DNA from: Auanema rhodensis
Lineage: Eukaryota; Animalia; Nematoda
Direction: 5' to 3'
Length of the DNA: 64,000 nt
Assembly (NCBI GenBank): GCA_964057225.1
Contig: OZ059897.1
Span: 14,322,001 to 14,386,000, forward strand
Shown: positions 1 to 11,169 of the stretch, one piece after another
How the letters are laid out: each line of letters opens with the position of its first letter
Position numbering within the stretch: position 1 is the first letter of the stretch
Program-made: the position numbers and the translations under genes
The notes under the pieces: generated by a model
The model's database searches: none
Told to the model about the DNA's origin: nothing
The model's input: only the letters and a program-made list of their open reading frames with translations

Positions 1-1818
1 TTGGGAAATTTACTGTTTATAACAGCAACAAGTGCAGCATATATATTTGAAAATACAGGCGAAAATGCTTGAGCTTGCATGATCGATCGGACAATTAACC
101 CCCTATTAAATGCTTATATCAAAAATTAAACATAAACATTACTTACTGTCCACGGAAAACATTTTCCTGTAATAGTTCTCGGACAACAGGTACCAAGTTT
201 GAAGTGTTGACCTAAATATACATTGTAATCTATTTACAAAAAACCCAAAATACTTTATTAATCAAACCATGAATTTTTTTCTTTAATCTTTCCCAGTTCA
301 TTCTCTGATACTCTTCGCCTCCCTTTAATTAATAATGTTATTATTTTTTAGGATTAAAACTTAACCTTATCAGCTATTTTCTCTTGCATCATCTTTAATT
401 TTGCCGGAGGAATATAAGCACCACCTGCTCTTGTTCGCAAATCCATTACAGGCTCTTTCTTAGGAACAGCTTCTATAAAAATGTTGAATAAGAAAGTTCA
501 GCATAACACCAATATGTTTTTTAAAGGAAAAAGATCATACCTTCCTTGACTTCATTTACTTTTTCAATCGTCTCACTTCGCTCATCGTATTTATCGTGCT
601 TGTCTTTTTTTTCACGTCTTTCATTTCTGGGACTTCGGTCATGACGATCTTTTCTGTCGTGTCGATCTCTTCGGTCGTCACGAGGACTTCTATCACGTCG
701 GTCTCTGCGGTCATCCCGAGGACTTCTATCACGTCGGTCTCTTCGGTCATCCCGAGGGCTTCTATCACGTCGGTCTCTTCGGTCATCCCTTGGACTTCTA
801 TCACTTCGGTCCCTACGGTCATCCCTTGGACTTCTATCACGTCGGTCTCTTCGGTCATCCCTTGGACTTCTATCACGTCGGTCTCTTCGGTCATCCCTTG
901 GACTTCTATCACGTCGGTCTCTTCGGTCATCCCTTGGACTTCTGTCACGTCGCTCCTTTCGATCATCATGAGGACTCCTGTCATGACGATCTCTTTTTTT
1001 ACGAGGGCTACCATCGTGATCATCGTTCAGATCTTCCCGAGGACTTCTGTCATTTTGGTCCTTTTCACCGTCCTGAAGACTTTTATCGACACGGTCCCTT
1101 CGTTCTTCTTGGGGACTGTTGCTTCTATCTCGAGGACTTTTGTCTCTGGAACTTTTTTCCTTGTTGGGACTGTCGTCTCTGGGACTTCTTTCCTTGTTGG
1201 GACTGTCGTCTCTGGGACTTCTTTCCTTGCTGGGACTTTCGTCTCTGGGACTTCTTTCCTTGCTAGGACTTTTGTCTCTAGACCTCCTTTCCTTGCTGGA
1301 ACTTCTGTCTCTTGAACTTCTATCCTTTCTGGGACTTTTGTCACTGGAGCTCCTTTCTTTTCTAGGACTTTTGTCTGCGGAGCTTCTATCCTTTCGAGGA
1401 CTTTTGTCTGCGGAGCTTCTATCCTTGCGCGGACTTCTGTCACTGGAGCTTCTATCCCTTCTGGGACTTCGGTCCTTAGGACTCAAATCGCGTCGGCCAC
1501 TTCGCTCGTTTCTATCAGCTCTTTCATGTCTTTCTTCCCGATCAGACTTTTCTCTTTTTTCACTCTTTGCTGACTTTCTTCTTGGAGATCTGCTGCTTTT
1601 CCCTAAATACTATAATATACACATATCGGTAAACTAAAAACTTACTTTCTTTATGCCTTCTTTCGCGGTCTCGTGAACGTGATCGAGATCTAGATCTTTT
1701 GCCTAAAAATATTTTTTTTAAATATAGGATCATTTAATAGAATATTTTAAACATTTAAATAAAAAAATCTCATACTTCTTTTAGATTTTCTTGGAGATCG
1801 TGATTTACTTCGAGACAT
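1..1818 (-). CDS. let-858: Pre-mRNA splicing factor CWC22/nucampholin, 5' part (multi-exon; runs off the left end)
   Basis: ATG at 1818 ([11 protein letters not shown]) follows a TTTTAAG acceptor. A long RS/RD-rich N-terminus (ORF 521-1486) is followed by the CWC22 hallmark [17 protein letters not shown] and MIF4G-start exons [14 protein letters not shown] / [17 protein letters not shown] / [33 protein letters not shown]. Confidence 0.93.
649..950. repeat. Coding 36-nt tandem repeat, ~8 copies, encoding [12 protein letters not shown]
   Basis: Unit GACTTCTATCACGTCGGTCTCTTCGGTCATCCCTTG (+ strand) starts at 685, 721, 757, 793, 829, 865 and 901 with few substitutions. Confidence 0.95.
1135..1480. 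repeat. Coding 33-nt degenerate tandem repeat encoding [11 protein letters not shown] / [11 protein letters not shown]
   Basis: 11-residue periodicity in ORF 521-1486; unit GGGACTGTCGTCTCTGGGACTTCTTTCCTTGTT. Confidence 0.85.
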
Positions 1819-2253
1819 TTAACCTTAAAATTAAAATAAATATTAAAATATTATTTTAAAAAAACTAAAAATAGATTAAAAATATCAAAAACGGCTAATA
1901 ACTATGAAGATATAAGATAATTTCAAACTTAGCGTTTCGTATTTTCCGCGGTTTTGCGTCTACATTTTACGTACAGACGTGAGAACAAAAATTCCTTGTA
2001 TTCTACTTTGATTAAAGATATAACATAATTAAGTTTCTTCAAAGTTGTTTATGATATCGAACCTATTCGTATCATTCGAATCAGTTACAAATGTATGTGT
2101 TATATATATATTGTGCTGTTTTTGGAACTGATTGAATGCCTTTATTTGAAATGCAAATTATTTAAAATATTTTATAACAATTTAAGTAACATTCTCCTGT
2201 AATCTCATTGATACAACAATTCTTAAATTTAAATTTGATAAATATATATGCTA

Positions 2254-3582
2254 TTAGTCAGTTTTGTGAATGTTTTGTGGTTGCTCGACCATTACGCATG
2301 TTGGATCATCACAAGGTAGCGTTTCAGGCTTCAGTATACGGTAACCCTAAACAAAATGGTACCATTATATGTGAATTAGAAATAATTTTACTTTATGACT
2401 AGTCCATAATTGTAAGGGTGTATAAAATGTCGTGTTCATTTTTTCTGAAGCTATTAATCGAAGTCGAGCAAACATAGGATTGTTAACTTCGGAAACACCT
2501 TGAATGAGCATAAGTATATGTATTAATCCATGAATTGCTACCTGATACCCAATCCCAATCCTTTTTGCTCCAATCTGTTTGATTGAAGAAAGCTCGTGCA
2601 TTTCTTTCCGCAAGTTGTGCTGCATACTGTTTCGCTACATTGTCGAACTGATTCTTTTCTTCGTCCTTATACAATTCAACAAAGTTTCTTTGTACAAGAG
2701 TATACTTATCACACATTCTAGTGAGGCAAAGAACTTAAAAAAAAATTATTTTCAAAGCAAATGTCTGAATTACTGCAGAGGGCTGACAATCCTACAACTA
2801 TAACTAAAAACCAAGCAAAGATCTGCGATTCTGCTTCTAAATAAGATCCATCATGGCCATCTAGTTTACATATACACTCTGGACAGTACTCAAAACAGAT
2901 TTTGATATTTATATTGAGAAATTATCATAAATACCTTTCCATCTCCACTCATTTTTTCGTAACTTAAGCTTTCTTTATAATATGCCATCACAGTATCATT
3001 TCTACAAAACTTTGAAGTATTCATATCGCAGAAGCCATGTGCAAGTAAACATCTGTAGTACCTGTTAATGGAAATTTAGCGTTTTTCTCCTAAATTCTTC
3101 ACAAAAATACCCTCCATCTAATAAAACTACAAAGAGCCAAGCAGTTGGTGCAATAGAAGATTGAACGATTAATTCTATCCAATGAACTAACACTGTCTTC
3201 CAACTATGTCTAGTATCAGGGGCTCTGAGAAAATAAATGATTATGAAAGGTTTAGTAAATATAATTTACCTGAAACAACATCCATGTGTTAATTTCCATG
3301 TTGTTGTATTTATCATTATTCCTATTATAAGTAAAGCAACTGTTGGTCCAAACATAAATACAATTGAATGATAAATATTCAATGGATAAGCACATGGACA
3401 AGCAAACGTTAATTTACGAATTAACTATAACAATATACTAAAATATTTGAATAGTTGATATACATTTTTACAGATTGTCCTCCAATTGTGGAAACTATTA
3501 AAATAGCGTTGAGTAGAGTGGGACCATGATTTGAAAATACGCTTTGAAATACGTTTGCTATAGCATGTCCAGGAGCCGCCAT
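2254..3582 (-). CDS. clhm-1: Calcium homeostasis modulator (CALHM) large-pore channel
   Basis: Spliced product MAAPGHAIANVFQSVFSNHGPTLLNAILIVSTIGGQS...KLTFACPCAYPLNIYHSIVFMFGPT...MCDKYTLVQRNFVELYK...FFNQTDWSKKDWDWVSG...NNPMFARLRLIA...YTPLQLW...GYRILKP...HKTD*. Closely matches recalled C. elegans CLHM-1. Confidence 0.93.
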
Positions 3583-3747
3583 TAAATAGCGTTGTAATTA
3601 TACTAATTATCTGTGAATATATTATAAAGTATTCCGTTAAAGAAAAAATTATATAAAGAAAAAAGTAGTTTTTACAAGGAATAACTAAAATTATTTTGAA
3701 GCTATAGTGAAAATCGAACGCACAGTGACATGATCTAGATGTTTTTC

Positions 3748-3760
3748 GTTGCCATGCAAC
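3748..3760. promoter_or_regulatory. Candidate X-box (RFX/DAF-19 site) upstream of clhm-1
   Basis: GTTGCCATGCAAC, within the inverted repeat TCGTTGC-cat-GCAACGA (3746-3762), 166 bp upstream of the clhm-1 ATG. Confidence 0.6.
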
Positions 3761-4054
3761 GACAATCGCAACCTACCTATTGATCGTTTGAATATTATAA
3801 CTAATTAAATTTAAAAAACTTAAAAGAGTTTCTTTAAAGTAAGAATTTCTTAAGAAAAGGTTAATGAGCCAATATCGAATAAACTTAGAGCAATTGGCAA
3901 TATTGAACAACTGTTCTCGCTGTTTCATTTATTGAAGTAGAAGATTTGTCATTTCACGAAACATTTGAGAGATAGGAAAGAAAATGTATGAGATGTTTTT
4001 ATCCGATAATATATCAAATAATAAAAACAAACTTGATTGAACTTAAACATTTAT

Positions 4055-6723
4055 TCAATGATATTTGAATTTATGAACAAGATATTTAGATTTTTTAGTA
4101 AAATGTGTACCTAACATAGATACTAAAGATAAAAACATTAACATGAAGCATAATACACAATTACTTGGAACATCAGATGGATCATAACTATCAGAATAGA
4201 GTTCATCCATATATGAAGCACTTTGATTCCACCTGAAAATAATTTTATTTTCAATACAAAATAAATAAATAAACCCTACCGGCAAAATTGAGATGCTGCT
4301 ATAGAGTCAATATCATTACGTTCAGTTCGAGAACAATGAATTATTGGTAATCGACTAATAATATTTGAAATAAAAAAATAATTTGAATATCGATATGGTG
4401 AGAGATATGTAAAATAATTGAACCAAGTAGGTGACATGGTTACAAAAGATCTGAATAATATTTTAAAAAATAAATAATTTTAAATTATAAATTACCGTAA
4501 ATGTCCACCAGCACCAATTAATAAAAAAGTGTCAATAGTTATTACAAATCCTATAGCTGTTAAATTATTTTTAATTAAAATCATTGCAATCATAGTAATA
4601 TATTGAAAAAAGAAACATATAAATAAAATTAATATAAAAGATTGAAATATAAGCCATTCATCAGATATATTACACATCCTAAAGTTAAATGTTATTCGTA
4701 ATATTATTAATTTAACTTATTTACCAAAATATAATAAATGTTGATATTGCAATCTCAATTATATATATTGGAGTAAATATTAATAAATGAGATATAGCTG
4801 AAATCATCTGGCTATAAAGCCGTTCAGAGGATTCAAAATATGATAAATCACGAATATCTCGATCTGAAAAAAATACTTAATTAATTGCTTTCAAGTTACA
4901 TTACTGCTTACAATTTATATTTGTCAAAAATATTATAACTATGGATAATATAAAAACAGAAATTTCTAAAAAACCAATAGAAGAATGCGGAACCGTCCAT
5001 GATCCAGCTAACATGTTCACACTGTTCATACTATTGGTACATAATGAGTATAAGAATTTAAAAACCTGAATAAGGACAGAAATACTGCTGCTAAAGGAAA
5101 CACGGATATAAGAAGAAGAAACCGTACTAAATCCGTTATTAATCTATGCAAACTTCGACTGAAAATACATTTTCCATTTAATTAAAACTTTTAAGTTTTT
5201 TACCGGCATAATATAAATAATTTAAGAATTGTTGTTGGTTGTGTCAGATAACATAAAGCTGATGGTGAAGAAAAGGTAATTGCTGAATCTGTATTATCAG
5301 GACGAATTGTATTTGATCTATATTCCTGTAAAATAATTATTAAGGAATATTGATTACTTTATTGATACTTTAAGATAATTGACCAACAACATAGCCTGTT
5401 CCTGAGTTTCATCACAACGTGTAGCTGTTTCTCTATCAATAGTAGCTATGGTAACTGAACAAAGTTGTTTTTCAGAACAATTGTTTTCCCTTACTGTAAT
5501 AAGCAGCTGGGTTTTCATTACTTGGACATGGAAATCCCGCCTTCTTGAAGTATGCCGGCAAATTTTTAGTATAACCTAAATGAGTATTTTAATAAATATT
5601 TAATTAAAAATCAAATATATACCACTATAAAATACTTCACCATAAAATAATATAGTAATTGTGGTTATTAATTGATATATGTCTGATCTTGGGCTTTGAA
5701 TACTTATAAAAATAATTCTATTATGTAGTCGAGCATAACTTTGTAAACAGTTCATAAGTTGAAAAGCTGATAATGCTTCAATATCTTTACAAGGATCATC
5801 AAGTATGAGTAGAACTAGAATTATTCAATTAGTAACTTTAATCAAACTATTCGAATGCAAAAACCTGGATCTTTTGCTGCAGCTAGAGCAATAAGAACTC
5901 TTCTTCTTGCACTTTCAGATAATTTGAAAAGTTTCGTGTATGCATAAGAAGATATTTCAAATTCTCTCATTAATTGAACTGTCTAAATAATTTAAAATAT
6001 AAGTATATATTAAATAATTTTATTATTATTATTATTATTTAAAAAATTGTAATTTTAAAAATAAAGTTCGATATACCCGTTGTTCTATATCTGATTCCGT
6101 TAGTGATCCCCCAAGGCATAGCTTTAAATTATAATATAACAGATTTCGAACTGTTAATTTTGAAGGATAGTTTGAATAGAAATTGACAAATGATCCAATT
6201 TGGCAAAATCGAGATTCTGAAAAGAAAAAGTAATTAATAGAAAGATGGCTTATATTATGACGATGAATACATTATATCTGTAACAACTGTCATGAATATT
6301 ATTAAATCGTTCTTATTCATAACCATTTCTATTTTAGAAAATAGAAATATGATAAACTATACTTGTTAAAAGAGTTTGATTTAAGTACACGGAACCAGAA
6401 GTATCACCATCGGCACTGTTAGCTACTACCTTCAGAAGGGTTGATTTGCCGCTTCCTTGAAAAATCAGACGATATCAATGCTTATCCACATGTTTTACCT
6501 GATACACCACAAACTGCATGTATTTCTCCAGATTTCGCTTCCAAATTGACATCATTCAAGAATTGAGCAATAACAGGAGGGCTGTAAATACGTGAGAACC
6601 TGAAAAAACATTATTGAAATGAATATATAGTATTGTAAAAAACCATTTATCTCCGGCAACTGTACTCATGAAAGAAATGTTTCTACATTCTAAAATATTT
6701 TTATTTTCTTCTAAACCTTCCAT
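4055..6723 (-). CDS. abch-1: ABCG-type half transporter (NBD-TMD), ABCG5-like; probable abch-1 orthologue
   Basis: MEGLEENKNILECRNISF...FLNDVNLEAKSGEIHAVCGVSGSGKSTLL (Walker A spans an intron)...LSESARRRVLIALAAAKDPVLLILDDP...NRIIFISIQSPRSDIYQL...YFKKAGFPCPSNENPAAYY, then hydrophobic TM exons; stop at 4055. The symbol is from recall and less certain than the family. Confidence 0.8.
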
Positions 6724-6923
6724 ATAGGTAAATTTGAATAAAAAATTCTAAAATAAAATATTTAAAAAGAAGAAATTTATTACAAAAAATGAAATTAATA
6801 TTTTGTTCAAGAAATGGAGAGTAATAAGAGAAGAAATACTATATTTAGCCTTCAGATACTGAGTAGTCGGTTAATTATCTTCAGGAAGTCAATAAGTCTT
6901 CATTATTTGAAAATAACCTCAGA

Positions 6924-6984
6924 CTACCTTGAAGGTAAAGAATATTGACCAGATGGAGAGGGTTGACTGTATGACCTTTGCCAT
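6924..6984. promoter_or_regulatory. Candidate nuclear-receptor sites in the bidirectional spacer (DR1/HNF4-type and NR5A-like)
   Basis: TGACCTTTGCCAT at 6972-6984 (ATGGCA-A-AGGTCA on -); TCAAGGTAG on - at 6924-6932; GATA site TTATCT at 6875-6880. Confidence 0.35.
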
Positions 6985-7119
6985 GAGACTTTTACAGTAA
7001 ATGAAAAACAATTTTTACAGTTGCTATAGATGAATGATGGTTTTCTTATATTATTTTATTTAAAATTTGTCTATATTTTAATATTTTAGTTAAATTACCA
7101 TAGCTCAAGACTTTATACA

Positions 7120-10100
7120 ATGTTATCTCCAATAAATCAAGAATACAAGCATGGATTAAGAAGAAATTATTTAGAAAATAATGATATATATGCAAATGAT
7201 TTTATAATGGAAGGAAATGTAAGTTATTTCTTCAATTTTTCAAACAATTTGTATAACTTTCGCAAATTTTTTGTTTTATACATACAAAAGGCTTTGAGAG
7301 AAAAGGAAATACATGAATATAACATGCTATGACTGAAGAACGATAAAGGTAAGAAGGTGAAGAAGTCAGAGGAGTAGAGAGGATGAGGGTAGTTAAGACA
7401 TGAACTGGATATAATTGTGAAAGCGAATCCAACAAATTGTGCTGGACTGTGATCCGGTTTTCCGATTCTTTTGAATAGTGTGTAGTAGGGTAATTCGTTG
7501 TTCTGTTGGAACTTCTTGACTTTGAATCACCTCTCGTTTTATTTGACTCTTCAATCTCAGTTTACCTTATTTTGGCAAAAAGCTTCTCATTTTTGTGTCT
7601 TAGTTTCGTTCTTGTTCATTTTATGTTGGTATTATGTTATTCAAGAGATAATACTATGATTTTTGCAAATATTTTTATTTTTATGTTATTTCACCAATGT
7701 ATTTTCGATTTTTCTTTCCAGAAGAACTCATGCTCTGGTGCAAGTAGTATGAATTCCAAAAAGTTGTCTGTTCTTGAATGTTCAGAAGATTACTTACCGT
7801 GTGGATATCCACGTAATGCAGGTTTGATTGAAACAGTTCAAGCTTATATTTCATTTGTAATACTTTGATTAGGTTCGTCATCACAGCAGGACAGATTAAC
7901 AGAACCAGAATTAGTATCAAAATGGAAGAAGAAAAATACAAATCCATTTGATATGAAGTTAGTTAATAATATCTTTCATATCAATTTTCATGTCTATTTT
8001 TATAAATTTTGAAGCTCTCCCGCTAGAGGCGAATTGAGTGTTTTCACTGAAGAAACTGATACAGTTTTTGCTGATGATGAAAGGTTAGTAGAGTATAAAA
8101 GATGAAAAAGACTATTCAATTCATATAAAATACAAATTCAATGTGTCAGAAGATTATATATTCCAGAAACTCAGGATTTCTAGTTCCTTTACGACATCAA
8201 GGTCATTACTTTTCGAACCTAGATTTCTTTACAAGTAGTGGATATAATTATCTGAAATATGCAAAATATTCAGAATTATCTAAATCAAATAGAACGTACG
8301 ATTTTTCATATTTCAACTATAAAATAAATAAAAAGTAAATCATTTAGTAATTCTCCACATTTATCAATATCTCATCTATCGTTTTCAATGGATACTCGAA
8401 CTCGTATAGATCGTTGGTTATGGCGTGTTCCAAAAATAATTCATTCACTGAATAATATTAGTATGGAATTAGTTTCTGGAGATATTATGGCACTTCTTTA
8501 CACAACAGGTTTCTAAGTTTTTCTTCTTTTTGAAATTTTGTTCTAAGCTTGCAATCTTTTAAGAAGCCAGTGAAGTTTTTTTTAGAACAAGAAGTAAAAA
8601 CATTGTTGAGAATCATTGCCGGTGATACTATACCAAATGGAAAAATAAGTGGTGAATTCATGATAAATGGCCATAGAATTAAATCACATAACTTAAAAGG
8701 AAGAATTGGTAAATAGGTTTACAATTAAAGTTTTTAATTTGATATAGCTTTCATAAGAGAAGATGATCTTCCGGAATATTTAACAGTATATCAATATCTT
8801 CAATTATATACATCTTATTATGGAACAGAAGCTGCAAATAACTGCAAATCATTCAATATGGTTAATATTGAAATGAAATTTAGAATTAATCGATATTGAT
8901 ATATAGATTGATCAACTTGTTGTAACTCTGGCACTAACTCATTTCAAGAATGTTTTATGTAGCGAATTAACTAAATCAGAAAAACGTAGAGTTCAAATTG
9001 CTTGTCAAATTCTATGTGATACAGGTAAATATTATTTTGGAAATATAATTAAATACATATTTTAGATATTCTTGTTTGTGATAATATAACTGGTGATATG
9101 GATGTGTATGATTCTGCTTTTGTAATTGATTTCCTACGAGATTGGGCTTTGAAGCTTAATAGAATTGTTATCATGTCAATTGCTCCATGTTCTATGGGTG
9201 TATTAGAAATGTTTTCACAAGGTTTAAACCTAATTAATCAATTCAAACATTATTTTGAATATTTACAGTGTCAATATTAGCTTCAGGACAATTAATATAC
9301 TTTGGTACACCATCTAATTTCATTCCATATTTTGAATCAATTAACTTTCCTTGTCCACCATTCAAAAATCCTTGTGATTATTATGGTTAATTTTAATTAT
9401 ATAAAATATATTAAAACATATATTTCAGTTGATTTAGCCACACATGACCACTTAACAGTAGAAGCATCAAAAGATTCATCTCAACGAATAGATATATTAT
9501 GTTCAAAATGGAAACAACATGGAATGACTCATGTGCCTGTAACTATATCAACATTACCGAATAAATTAGAAAATGTTGATATTGTGACGTCATCAATAAT
9601 TCTTTACAAGTTAGTTTATATTCTCTTTATATTCTTTTTTAATTTTAATTTTCAGACGATATTGTAAAGAAATGTTTAATAAGCCTTTACTTCATTTACA
9701 GCCATGTATTTGTACTCTTTTCATTTCACTTATCATTGGATTTATATTTTTTCAATTATCAAATCAAAAACGATCGGAAATAGATGATCGTTTGGGATTA
9801 ATTACAACTATAATGTATTTTATTTTATTTCCATTATGTATTTTATGGATAAAACAAGGTAACTCTTTATATAATTTTTAGTTAAAATCTTTCACTTAGC
9901 CCATATTTTTCGAAAGAAAGCAAGAATTGATGCAAGAAGTGGTTTTTACTCTTCTATTACTTATTCTATAGTTACGGTACGTATTTGAATATTTTTGTTT
10001 TTACAATTTTAAAACTTTTTTTCAGATATCATTCCTTTTACCATTATTTATAACTCAAATATTGTTTTTTGTCACACCATTGTATCTATTATCAGGTAAA

Positions 10101-10915
10101 TTTACCTTTGATGAGAGTATCTGAACAATTTTTCATTAAATGAGCAAAAAAACTTAAAAAATGGTAAATAAATAGAAATAATTTCAGGAATAACTATGTT
10201 AAATGGAACTGACTACTCATTCATCTCATTTTTTCTAATCATCTTTTTATATTTTGGACTTGTTTATTCCATTTGTTTCTTTCTCAGTCATTTCTTGAAA
10301 TCGCCAATCGCTTCACTTGTTATAACATGTAAGTAACTGATTGTCTATTTGAGGTCTCACTAATGAATATCATTTCAGATCTGTTTATATCCATTTTTCA
10401 TCTTTCAAGTGGTCTTTCTGTTGTATCTGCAGATTTTCCTGCTAGTCTGACTGCTTTTCGCTTATTTTCTCCTGGTTATTGGACATCATATTTCTTACTT
10501 CATCAAGCATTTCTCGGTAATTCTATTAACTATTTACATAGAAATATAATAATATTATAGGATCATCAGTTGTTAGTTCTTTAATACAAAATACAGCTGC
10601 TGTTAATTTCACAGAAATTGTATTTTCTTGTGAACGTAAAAAGATTTTAGCTAAACGAATAGATGAAGTATAAAATTATTTTAAATATTTTTAACATTCA
10701 TATACTATCAGGTGCCAATATATACGATCTCAACATGCTCAAAATTCCGATCGGATCATTTAATGGCATTTTACGGTTTTGAAGGCAGATTTTTATATGA
10801 AAATTATTCAGCTACCCACTTTGTGTCATTTGGAATCATTGTAATCATCATATGGATTGCAATTTTTTCCATTTTTTTCTGTTGTTCCAACCGAAAAAAA
10901 AGTAAAATCAAATGA
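7120..10915 (+). CDS. abcx-1: Degenerate ABCG-type half transporter with long N-terminal extension, ABCG8-like; probable abcx-1 orthologue
   Basis: Exons give PHLSISHLSF...LNNISMELVSGDIMALLYTTEQEVKTLLRIIAG...SGEFMING...ELTKSEKRRVQIACQILCDTDILVCDNITGDMDVYDSAFVIDFLRDWA...NRIVIMSI...FPCPPFKNPCDYYVDLAT...DDRLGL, then TM exons; stop at 10915. The start is uncertain (possible extra exon from ~6953). Confidence 0.78.
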
Positions 10916-11169
10916 AATTTTTTAATATAAATTGTAATAATTCTATTTTATGTTATAATAAATGTTTTTTTTTGATTTAAATATAAAAAAAATAATTTAT
11001 TCAAGAAATCATTTATTTATAAAGAATGTAAAACATTCCATTTAATAACACATTATATCATACATTCGGTCTTTTGAAGTATAATAGACCCGATATCATT
11101 TTGACTGTAACTGTGTAAACCCTGAACAACTCATATACATATTAATACATTCAATTTTATAAAATAAAT

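Noticed and set aside
649-950. 36-nt repeat resembling a CRISPR array
   Set aside because: Head-to-tail units with no unique spacers, in-frame coding, eukaryotic context, no cas genes.
556-1637. Five long overlapping ORFs (556-1023, 596-1315, 790-1266, 1027-1443, 1119-1637)
   Set aside because: Stop-free shadow frames of the 36-nt and 33-nt coding repeats; only the RS/RD frame splices into CWC22.
3920-3927. piRNA Ruby motif CTGTTTCA (also ~12927, ~39125, ~49879)
   Set aside because: Few scattered copies, some inside coding exons; consistent with background, not a piRNA cluster.
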